Source of the DNA: Vibrio sp. VB16
GTDB taxonomy: Bacteria; Pseudomonadota; Gammaproteobacteria; Enterobacterales; Vibrionaceae
DNA: 24,000 nt
Assembly: GCF_015594925.2 (NCBI RefSeq)
Contig: NZ_CP087590.1
Span: 3,132,270 to 3,156,269, forward strand
Reading direction: 5' to 3'
Part shown: in pieces, positions 8,876 to 16,330 of the stretch
Layout: each line of letters begins with the position of its first letter
How positions within the stretch are numbered: the stretch's first letter is position 1
Translations under genes and position numbers: made by a program
Notes under the pieces: generated by a model
What the model was told of the DNA's origin: nothing
The model's input: the letters and a program-made list of their open reading frames with translations, nothing else
Databases searched by the model: none

Positions 8876-9805
8876 ATGCGCGCAGTAAGAATTCACCAAT
8901 ATGGCGGCACTGATACATTAACGTTAGAGCAGGTCGATACACCAACGATAAATGCTGATGATATTCTCATTCAAATAAAGGCCGCCGCAATCAATCCCGT
9001 TGATTGGAAAATCCGTGAGGGCTATTTACAAGATTTCATTCCATACGCACTGCCTATTACACTTGGTTGGGATGTCGCAGGTATCGTTACCCAAGTGGGC
9101 AAAAATGTCAGTCAATTCTCAATAGGTAACGAGGTATTTAGCCGACCAGATATTGCGCGTGATGGCAGCTATGCTGATTTCATCGCCGTCAAAGCAGACG
9201 AAGCCGTGCTGAAATCAACCAAGCTCGACTTTGCACAAGCAGCGGCCCTACCACTTGCAGGCATTACTGCGTGGCAATGTCTTGTGGATGTTGCCAATAT
9301 TCAAACGGGTCAACGCGTACTTATCCATGCAGGTGCGGGTGGTGTAGGCCACCTAGCGATTCAAATAGCAAAAGCAAAAGGCGCGACGGTCATTGCAACC
9401 GCATCTTCAGCTAATTTGGAACTTCTGACTCAGTTTGGTGCTGATGAAGCGATTGATTACGCAAAAGCACCATTAGGTGAACAAATTGCACCAGTAGATG
9501 TAGTGCTTGATACCATGGGTGGAGACGTACAACAATCGTCCTGGTCTCTGCTTAAGCCAGAAGGCATGATGGTTTCAGTCGCCGAGCCACCAAGTGAAGA
9601 AACAGCAAAAGAGCACAACGTACAAGCTGCATTCGTCTTCATAGAGCCAAGTAGCCGTATACTGACTGAACTCAATACGCTCGTCGAGTCCGACCAACTT
9701 CGCCCATTGATTGAGCATCATTTCCCATTAGAAAAAATTGCTGAAGCACACCAACAAAGCCAATCAGGTCGTACTCGCGGTAAAATTGTAATCGACGTCA
9801 GCTAA
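8876..9805 (+). CDS. NADPH:quinone oxidoreductase-like MDR protein (Qor family)
   Basis: 309 aa. Readable segments are MRAVRIHQYGGTDTLTLEQVDTPTINADDILIQIKAAAINPVDWKIREG, the GAGGVGHLAIQIAKAKGA Rossmann motif and the C-terminal SGRTRGKIVI, all typical of the Qor/zeta-crystallin subgroup. Confidence 0.85.
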   Translation: MRAVRIHQYGGTDTLTLEQVDTPTINADDILIQIKAAAINPVDWKIREGYLQDFIPYALPITLGWDVAGIVTQVGKNVSQFSIGNEVFSRPDIARDGSYADFIAVKADEAVLKSTKLDFAQAAALPLAGITAWQCLVDVANIQTGQRVLIHAGAGGVGHLAIQIAKAKGATVIATASSANLELLTQFGADEAIDYAKAPLGEQIAPVDVVLDTMGGDVQQSSWSLLKPEGMMVSVAEPPSEETAKEHNVQAAFVFIEPSSRILTELNTLVESDQLRPLIEHHFPLEKIAEAHQQSQSGRTRGKIVIDVS

Positions 9806-9841
9806 AAAGATGTCGATAAGCTTCGTAAGGTTATGTTTTTT

Positions 9842-9876
9842 TACCCAAGTTGCTTATGTAACTTGGGTATTTTTAT
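9842..9876 (+). terminator. Rho-independent terminator after the qor-like gene
   Basis: A perfect 10-bp stem pairs tacccaagtt (9842-9851) with aacttgggta (9860-9869), followed by tttttat. Confidence 0.8.
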
Positions 9877-10068
9877 CTTCAAGCTTTATAGATTCAGATT
9901 CAGGATACGCAAATCGATTTCTGAAAACATATGTAATAGGGACATATACCCTAAAAAACCAAGTTAGCTATGCATTCCCACACTCGAGTGGAATGAGCAA
10001 TAAAACTCGAAAGGTAACTAATTAGCAATATGAATGCAGTGGAGCAGACATCTATGGGCAAGGATGTC

Positions 10069-10857
10069 TTAAGCGACACTTTCAATATCTTGATAGTATT
10101 TGATAGTTTTGAGCTTCAATTCTTGTTGTGCATATTGGTCGGCGACAATAATAGCGTGTCTGTGTAATTGAAGAGCGGTGACTGTCCATATATGAGTAAT
10201 GTTACCTTCTACGGCATGTTGGACAGCAAGCGCTTTGTTATGACCAGAAGCAAGAATCATCACTTCTTTTGCAGACAACAACGTAGCCACACCGATCGTT
10301 AATGCATAATCAGGGACGTTATTTACATCATTGTCAAAGAAACGTGAGTTCGCTTCTTTTGTAGAATGCGTCAGTTTCATCGATCGAGTAAGGGAAGACA
10401 ACGATGAGCCAGCCTCGTTGAAAGCAATATGACCATCAACGCCTACGCCGCCAAGGAAAAGGTCGATTCCGCCAAATGATTGAATTTTGTCTTCATACGC
10501 AGAGCATTCCGCTGCTAGATCAACCGCATTGCCGTTAAGAAGGTGAATGTTTTCTTCCTTGATATCAATGTTGTTAAACAAGTTATTGTACATAAATGAA
10601 TGATATGACTCAGGGTGTTCTTGTGGCAACCCAACATACTCATCCATGTTAAAGGTAACGACATTTTCAAAACTGATTTCACCCGCTTTAAATAAATCAA
10701 TTAGGCAACGATAGGTAGCTAAAGGTGTTCCTCCGGTTGGAAGCCCTAATACAAAGGGGCGTTCAGGGGTTGGGCCGAATTCATTGATTTTGTTAATAAT
10801 ATAAAGAGCGGACCATTGAGCAACCTGCTCACCGCTGTCTAAAGGAATAAATCTCAT
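10069..10857 (-). CDS. nagB: Glucosamine-6-phosphate deaminase (NagB type I), last gene of the php/yhf-like operon
   Basis: 262 aa, collinear with E. coli NagB. Shared segments include MRFIPL...[13 protein letters not shown]...[24 protein letters not shown]...[18 protein letters not shown]...[22 protein letters not shown]. The catalytic Asp (NMDEY) and His (GHIAFNE) are retained. Its start lies 2 nt after the upstream gene's stop codon. Confidence 0.93.
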   Translation of the reverse strand: MRFIPLDSGEQVAQWSALYIINKINEFGPTPERPFVLGLPTGGTPLATYRCLIDLFKAGEISFENVVTFNMDEYVGLPQEHPESYHSFMYNNLFNNIDIKEENIHLLNGNAVDLAAECSAYEDKIQSFGGIDLFLGGVGVDGHIAFNEAGSSLSSLTRSMKLTHSTKEANSRFFDNDVNNVPDYALTIGVATLLSAKEVMILASGHNKALAVQHAVEGNITHIWTVTALQLHRHAIIVADQYAQQELKLKTIKYYQDIESVA

Positions 10858-10859
10858 TG

Positions 10860-12074
10860 TTACGCCTCAATTAAATTTGGTAGAAATGAAGAGCCATATT
10901 GTGGCGGTTGAGCATTAAAAAAATCACAGGCGGTTGCGCCAATATCCGCGAGTGTTGTTCGTTCGCCCAAGTTTCGGTGATGTAATCCTGATTTGTAAAC
11001 GAGCAGTGGCACATACTCACGAGTGTGTTTGGAGTGCCCTATGCATGGGTCATTCCCGTGATCAGCTGTGACGATCAACAGATCGTCGTCTGCCATGAGA
11101 TCGATGATTTTACTTAATCCCAAGTCTGCCCGTTCTAATGTATGCCAATATAAATCTGGATTTTGTTTGTGCCCAGAGAGATCAGTTTCCTGAACATTGA
11201 TACAAAAGAACCCCTGCGAATTGCTTTGTATTGCCTTGAGACTTGTCGAGAAAACATCGTCAGTATCAACGATCTTGTCATGGCTTATGCCATGCGGATT
11301 TTGTACGATATCGGCCACTTTTCCGACAAGCGTCGTTTTAATATTTTGTTGATGAAGCATCTCTGGTGCTTGGACCAGATGATCGACACCATAGCCAAGA
11401 TGAACGACCTGAAACCCATGGTCGTAAGCGCCAGATTTGGGTGCATTGATGCCGATGCATTGCCCTTTAACTTCGATAGCTTTAATTAAATTTTGGTTGG
11501 AATCTAAATAGCCACCAAATACCACATTTCTGGCAACATAGCTGTTATCTCTCACTACCTTGCCTAATACTTGCAGCGCTTCAAAGCTTATGTGATTGAA
11601 ATTAGCCGTCACATTATAGACCTGCCCTAACTCTGCTTCCAAGTTATCACCGACCGCAACGCAACCATCAACAAGCAGCAGTTCAGCACCCTGTCTAGCG
11701 ATTCGTTCAACGACGTATCCTTCGCAGACGAGTGCTTTTTCGACCTGGTCAATGGCATGGAAAAAGGGTTTTACCAATGGGGATTTCGGTTTCGTCCCCA
11801 TTAATTCCTGATGGCCAGCGAAGGTGTCACAACCTTCGTGTTTTAGTTGAATTTTCCCTGTATTGGCACCTTGTGAAAATGGAATAGAGGAACAACGACA
11901 TTGAACAATATTGTTGAGCCCTAGCTTACCTAATGTTGGCAAATTTTTTGTCGAAAAGGCAGACAACAGTTTATGCGCTGTATTCGCCCCAATATCTTGA
12001 GGTCTAGACGTTTTGACATCAGGCATCTCACCAATACCAAACCCGTCAAGCACCACCACAATAAACCTACGCAT
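10860..12074 (-). CDS. yhfW: Phosphopentomutase-like metalloenzyme (alkaline-phosphatase superfamily phosphomutase), YhfW homolog
   Basis: 404 aa, against about 408 aa for E. coli YhfW. It has metal/nucleophile motifs like those of DeoB: [34 protein letters not shown] and [13 protein letters not shown]. It overlaps the upstream yhfX-like gene by 8 nt (ATGCGTAG). Confidence 0.85.
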   Translation of the reverse strand: MRRFIVVVLDGFGIGEMPDVKTSRPQDIGANTAHKLLSAFSTKNLPTLGKLGLNNIVQCRCSSIPFSQGANTGKIQLKHEGCDTFAGHQELMGTKPKSPLVKPFFHAIDQVEKALVCEGYVVERIARQGAELLLVDGCVAVGDNLEAELGQVYNVTANFNHISFEALQVLGKVVRDNSYVARNVVFGGYLDSNQNLIKAIEVKGQCIGINAPKSGAYDHGFQVVHLGYGVDHLVQAPEMLHQQNIKTTLVGKVADIVQNPHGISHDKIVDTDDVFSTSLKAIQSNSQGFFCINVQETDLSGHKQNPDLYWHTLERADLGLSKIIDLMADDDLLIVTADHGNDPCIGHSKHTREYVPLLVYKSGLHHRNLGERTTLADIGATACDFFNAQPPQYGSSFLPNLIEA

Positions 12075-13206
12075 TAATGGGATCGCCTAAAGCCGTGTAG
12101 CGCCCAATAATTTTAGGTGAACCTGTTTGGATACCATCAACAAGAACCACATCCGATCGCGTAACAAAGATTTGAGTTCTGAATGCCATAATGACAGGTG
12201 AACCAATAGCGTGTTTTCCTGCTAACTTTAGGTGGTAGTCGATTGAGCTTGGTTCATCATTGGAGACCAACACCTTCTCACCATTTACAAGTGCTTTATT
12301 TAAGTGCCCACGGCGATAATACCCACCAGCAAAACAGTATGAATCGTCGACATAGTGATGTGAAACCTCCGACAAATACAACATCGCAATTTTTTCAGGT
12401 TGAGACCCGTCTGCATTAGCAGGAAACGTGCCTGTGAGTGCGTGTCCTGGTTCACCGTGAGTCCCGCCAAAGCCATGAATCATAGGAAGCGTTTCACAAC
12501 ACGTTGCCGATGGAATATTCATTTGATTCAATTGGATAGAGCTAGGCCAATTTTTCTTTACATTAAGTAATGTTTTCAAATTATTGGTCGGCTTAACACT
12601 TTTACCATCATGTAAAAAGCAAGGAAAATGAGTGATCCCCTCTATTATGAGGCCGTCCAATTTGCTTAATTTAGCAAGAACATCTGACATAGTTGACAAT
12701 GAGAAGCCAGATTCTTGGTTGATGTAGAGCAAGTCATCTTTGTCATAAAATTTGACGAGAATACGTTGCTTAACATTTAGCTCACTCGCAATTTTGGAGA
12801 TGGATTGCGCTTTTTCCAAGGAATATACGGTGATGACTTCGGGTTGTATATCACGAATAATTTCCCGCAACATACTCTCTGGTGGTTGGACAAGGTGACC
12901 AATATGGCTGATCTTGATTCCAGATTTATGAAGCACTCGTGCCTCTTTAAAATCAACGGCAACCACGCCTTCAAACCCCATATCCTCTAATAGCTTAGCC
13001 AAGTACGGGTTCCTGCCAAACTGTTTTGTCATGCTGTACAGTTTGATGTCCAACGCATCGGCTTTTTGTTTGATTTTTAAAGCATTATTTATAAATTGTT
13101 CTACATCAATGATGTATGAATCGGGCAATAATTCGCCGTTAGCATGCAAAGCAATAGCCGCATTAATTAACGAAGAATTTTGTTTTTCAAGGGCGTCTAA
13201 AAACAT
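12067..13206 (-). CDS. yhfX: Alanine-racemase-fold (fold-type III PLP) protein, YhfX homolog
   Basis: 379 aa. The N-terminus MFLDALEKQNSSLINAAIALHANGELLPDSYIIDVEQ... and the segment YSMTKQFGRNPYLAKLL (putative PLP lysine) match my recollection of E. coli YhfX. The gene sits in synteny with the yhfW-like gene. Confidence 0.8.
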   Translation of the reverse strand: MFLDALEKQNSSLINAAIALHANGELLPDSYIIDVEQFINNALKIKQKADALDIKLYSMTKQFGRNPYLAKLLEDMGFEGVVAVDFKEARVLHKSGIKISHIGHLVQPPESMLREIIRDIQPEVITVYSLEKAQSISKIASELNVKQRILVKFYDKDDLLYINQESGFSLSTMSDVLAKLSKLDGLIIEGITHFPCFLHDGKSVKPTNNLKTLLNVKKNWPSSIQLNQMNIPSATCCETLPMIHGFGGTHGEPGHALTGTFPANADGSQPEKIAMLYLSEVSHHYVDDSYCFAGGYYRRGHLNKALVNGEKVLVSNDEPSSIDYHLKLAGKHAIGSPVIMAFRTQIFVTRSDVVLVDGIQTGSPKIIGRYTALGDPINA

Positions 13207-13222
13207 CAGTCACTTACCATTA

Positions 13223-13250
13223 ATTCAATATCTTGAATATTTTGAATATT
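13223..13250. promoter_or_regulatory. Palindrome ATTCAA-tatc-TTGAAT overlapping a perfect tandem TTGAATATT x2, just upstream of the yhfX-like start
   Basis: ATTCAA at 13223-13228 and TTGAAT at 13233-13238 form the dyad. TTGAATATT is repeated head-to-tail at 13233-13241 and 13242-13250. The element lies 17-44 nt upstream of the start codon at 13206 on the minus strand. Its function is unknown; it may be an operator or an internal promoter element. Confidence 0.3.
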
Positions 13251-13325
13251 TACAATGTAAAAAATAGGCACTTAATTTAGTAAAATAGAATAGGGGTGGC
13301 TAAGTAAGAAGCTATTCTTAATGTT

Positions 13326-13354
13326 CATGGAACGATACTAGGTACCGTTCCATG
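13326..13354 (-). other. Intra-operon RNA hairpin directly after the yhfT-like stop codon
   Basis: A perfect 9-bp stem pairs catggaacg (13326-13334) with cgttccatg (13346-13354) around an 11-nt loop. No U-run follows on the minus strand, so it is more likely a partial terminator, a processing site or a stability element than a full terminator. Confidence 0.45.
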
Positions 13355-13367
13355 ACTTATTTACGTT

Positions 13368-14672
13368 TTATGCCGGAATATACAAACCCACGACAAACAA
13401 AATATTCAATAAAATACCAGTAAGAATCGCGGCTACCGCTGGTGACGCAATCTTTAACACTGGACGACCTAGAACTTCATTTAAGTAGTAAAGTATGGCG
13501 AATATAGTGAACCCAGTGGTTCCCCCCATTTTCATTACCGCCAAGACACCACCAATGAGTAAGGCAAATTCCATTAAGGTATTCATACTGTCACGAATAT
13601 TGTCCGAAGCATTACGGATAGAAGGGAAATGCTCTAGGTAACGACCTATGCTACGGAGTAACATAATCTCCAAACAAATAGTCACCGCACCCAATGCCGC
13701 AGCAATTGGAACGTTAGGGGCCAAGTAACCAACAACAAAAACAAAGGTAAACCCAACCACACCATAGACACCAGTAGCTAAAGCAGTGGTTGCAATGAGA
13801 GGAATAAACCCTAGTCCACGCATAAACTCGGACAAAGCAACTTGGTTTATTGCTTCTTTCTGAGCAACAACATCATCTAATTTATACGCATCCGCTAAAG
13901 AATAGATAGAGACTTCTGAACCCGCGAAAATACCAGAGGCTGCCGCTGCAGAGATCAATGCTCCCGTCACCGCCAAATAAGGCATGTTTTTGTAGATACG
14001 TTTACTGCGTTCTTCAAACAGGCCTCGTATACCACTCATATCTGGAGGCATAATGCCGTTAGCTTTGTCTTGCATATCTTTGCGAACAGCGATTCCAACA
14101 AGCAAAACCATACCCACGAAGATTTGAATGGACTCAGGATAGATCCCTGTATATTTTATGATCAATAGGCGAGAGACCAATATTACGAGGGCTGATATTG
14201 CACCTGCTTTCCATCCAAATTGATAAAAAATAGCAAGTAGTGGAAAGAGCGCAAATGCCGACATTACTGGTGTTCCAAGTTCACCTAAAGCCCCTAAAGC
14301 GTCAATAGGCAAACCAGTCAACACGGTATTTACCGCTGCAAGACTCGTTACCACTAAGACTCCCCAAACGGCACCACCAAGGGCGGCAATAATCCGGCTT
14401 CCAACCATCACACCGATAATGTCCGTAGGAAGAAAAAGTAACCAAGGGTTCAACAACCCGGTGGATAGTGTAAAAGATATACCTACTGAGGCCACAAAAC
14501 CGATAGATAAGCCAAAAGCAACAGAGCCTGCATCACGGCGGTTCATGTTTCCTTCAATTACTTGTGGCAAGATTGGGCGTATACCATCATGAAATACGGC
14601 CGCTGACATGTTCGCTAGTAAGGCTGTCATTGCACACAAAGATGCAATCAAAGCAACATTCATAATGTCCAT
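13368..14672 (-). CDS. yhfT: Polytopic inner-membrane protein (putative transporter), YhfT homolog
   Basis: 434 aa, the same length as E. coli YhfT. It is hydrophobic throughout with about 10-12 predicted helices. Its start is 1 nt after the yhfU-like stop codon. Confidence 0.8.
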   Translation of the reverse strand: MDIMNVALIASLCAMTALLANMSAAVFHDGIRPILPQVIEGNMNRRDAGSVAFGLSIGFVASVGISFTLSTGLLNPWLLFLPTDIIGVMVGSRIIAALGGAVWGVLVVTSLAAVNTVLTGLPIDALGALGELGTPVMSAFALFPLLAIFYQFGWKAGAISALVILVSRLLIIKYTGIYPESIQIFVGMVLLVGIAVRKDMQDKANGIMPPDMSGIRGLFEERSKRIYKNMPYLAVTGALISAAAASGIFAGSEVSIYSLADAYKLDDVVAQKEAINQVALSEFMRGLGFIPLIATTALATGVYGVVGFTFVFVVGYLAPNVPIAAALGAVTICLEIMLLRSIGRYLEHFPSIRNASDNIRDSMNTLMEFALLIGGVLAVMKMGGTTGFTIFAILYYLNEVLGRPVLKIASPAVAAILTGILLNILFVVGLYIPA

Positions 14673-14673
14673 T

Positions 14674-15036
14674 TTAAGCCTCTTTCGCTAACAGAGTAAC
14701 AAGCATAGGAATCGCATGTTCTACGTGTTCAATGGATACCCCAAATGCCTTTTTTCCTTCACTAAGGAACTGTATGATTTGGTCTTCTTTAGCTCTAAAT
14801 GCTGGCTTTGCTATTGTGCAGGACTCATTAAAACCAATGAGGGCAATAGCCATACTTAAAGCTGCACCAGCACCTGTATTGCAAGCACCGATGTAATAAT
14901 CCAACTCCCCAGATTTCACTTTCATAGCGGCGTCCATATCATTTAAAATATGACACTCAAATACACCAGGCACAGTTCGTTCAATTTGTTCTTTTATTTG
15001 TTCGCGCTGTAATCCAGCTATCGCAATTTTTTTCAT
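14674..15036 (-). CDS. yhfU: DUF2620-type small cytoplasmic protein, YhfU homolog
   Basis: 120 aa, against 117 aa for E. coli YhfU. It has an alternating beta/alpha pattern with a conserved-looking DYYIGACNTGAGAALS loop, and it sits between the php and yhfT homologs. Confidence 0.75.
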   Translation of the reverse strand: MKKIAIAGLQREQIKEQIERTVPGVFECHILNDMDAAMKVKSGELDYYIGACNTGAGAALSMAIALIGFNESCTIAKPAFRAKEDQIIQFLSEGKKAFGVSIEHVEHAIPMLVTLLAKEA

Positions 15037-15065
15037 AATAATTTCTCTATATTTTTGTCATTCAT

Positions 15066-15950
15066 TCATTTGATCTTAAAAAAACGAGCAGGATTATTTT
15101 TAAGCATCATCTCAATTTGAACTTCGCTAATCCCTTGGTCCAATAATTTCGGTACAAATGATTCGATCAGATAGGCAAAACCTAACCCGTCATTAGCTTT
15201 GAGATGTGAACGTCTAGTGATATCCATCGATAACATCAATTGCTTCACGTAACCTCGATTAATAAGCCCTACAATCACCTCTACTCGTTTGGAATCAGGG
15301 TAATAGGAATTTTTTCCTATCGTATCTATTTGCACATAACATCCTTGTTCAAGCAGCCATATCAGATCATCAAAATTGTCCCTTAGATCACAATGGCCAA
15401 TGGTTACATTACTTAAGTTCACCCCATTTTCTCGTAGTAAAGTCGCCTGTTGTCGACCCATGGTACTAAAGGAGGTATGAGTCGAAATTGGACATCCTGT
15501 TTGCAAATGAGCAATAGCAGCAGCCTTAAACACCTTTTGCTCTGTTTTGGTAAACACATCTTTACTGCTGCCTATTTCACCAATCAAAGAAGCTTTTAGA
15601 GACGAACCTTCAATGCCACTTTCAATTTCAGCTATCATGGTTTGAGCTATATCTTCGACTGACATCGAATCAAGATACTCTGGAAAAAAGCCTTCCATGT
15701 AATAGCCTGTTGACATCAAAATGTTCATACCAGTGTCTTTGATTAAACCTTCAATAAAATGAGGATTTCTTCCCATAAAAAAATTGGTTACTTCGATAAT
15801 GTTACAAACCCCAATTTTTTTAAGTTCTAATAATTCCTGTTTAATCGGTTCATATTGATCCAACTTACAATCGATATCTTGTTTTTGTACTGATAGGTCT
15901 ATATGCAAGTGCTCATGGCAGTATGTAAAACCATTACTATTATCCGGCAT
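15066..15950 (-). CDS. php: Phosphotriesterase homology protein (amidohydrolase superfamily, binuclear metal centre)
   Basis: 294 aa, collinear with E. coli Php (292 aa). Shared segments are YCHEHLHIDLS, NIIEVTN..MGRNP, GEIGSS, PISTHTSFSTMG, TIGHCDL, DTIGKNSYYPD and LSMDITRRSHLKAN. All metal-ligand positions (HxH, H, H, D) are present. Confidence 0.93.
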   Translation of the reverse strand: MPDNSNGFTYCHEHLHIDLSVQKQDIDCKLDQYEPIKQELLELKKIGVCNIIEVTNFFMGRNPHFIEGLIKDTGMNILMSTGYYMEGFFPEYLDSMSVEDIAQTMIAEIESGIEGSSLKASLIGEIGSSKDVFTKTEQKVFKAAAIAHLQTGCPISTHTSFSTMGRQQATLLRENGVNLSNVTIGHCDLRDNFDDLIWLLEQGCYVQIDTIGKNSYYPDSKRVEVIVGLINRGYVKQLMLSMDITRRSHLKANDGLGFAYLIESFVPKLLDQGISEVQIEMMLKNNPARFFKIK

Positions 15951-15952
15951 CG

Positions 15953-16321
15953 TTACACCTTATTTCGTCTATTTTCACAAAGTGACGCTAAATTAAAAAT
16001 GAAAAAACTATTTTCCTCGATTGGTGCATTTTCCAATTTCATGAGTGTACAGACTTTGTTATTCATATCGATAATCCCTGCGTAATTCTCACATGCCTTG
16101 ATTTCTACCATGAACTCTTCGTCTAAACCTTGTGCCACTGATTCATTTGACCTTATTCTGTCTGCCGCTCTTGCTAAGTGAGTCATCGCGATTTGATATT
16201 GGTCATCCTCTGGATTCAAGCCCCATTCTTTATTCAAATGTGCTACAACCGACTGCACCCCATCATATGCATCTTGCGAAATTACATTTGAATTTAGCAA
16301 GATTAGCATCCTTTCCTTCAT
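15953..16321 (-). CDS. yhfY: Stand-alone PRD (PTS regulation domain) protein, YhfY homolog
   Basis: 122 aa. The segment YQIAMTHLARAADRIRSNE resembles the conserved His-containing helix of PRD domains. Size and position (between the yhfZ-like gene and the enzymes) match E. coli YhfY at about 120 aa. Confidence 0.7.
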   Translation of the reverse strand: MKERMLILLNSNVISQDAYDGVQSVVAHLNKEWGLNPEDDQYQIAMTHLARAADRIRSNESVAQGLDEEFMVEIKACENYAGIIDMNNKVCTLMKLENAPIEENSFFIFNLASLCENRRNKV

Positions 16322-16330
16322 TGTATTCCC

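Noticed and set aside
9810-10025. 71-aa plus-strand ORF from the ORF track in the qor/nagB convergent intergenic region
   Set aside because: It has no RBS. It runs straight through the strong terminator hairpin at 9842-9876. The amino-acid sequence is low-complexity and Phe/Ser/Tyr-rich, as expected for translated AT-rich non-coding DNA.
9974-10069. Two hairpins downstream of nagB on the minus strand: agacatc-N10-gatgtct at 10046-10069, and an imperfect cattcc(c)ac...gtggaatg stem around 9974-9996
   Set aside because: Neither is followed by a U-run on the minus strand, and the first overlaps the stop codon. There is not enough evidence to call an intrinsic terminator or an sRNA.
11163-11489. 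Antisense ORFs nested in larger genes: 1743-1958, 2355-2582, 3466-3648, 3594-3938, 6373-6561, 7217-7504, 9457-9675, 10515-10700, 11163-11489, 12777-12974, 12805-12990, 13031-13267, 15903-16085, 16132-16398, 19151-19444, 19478-19669, 21113-21373 and 21809-21994
   Set aside because: All lie wholly or largely inside well-supported genes with strong family signatures, on the opposite strand or in another frame. They lack ribosome-binding sites and have no recognisable motifs. I treat them as shadow ORFs.
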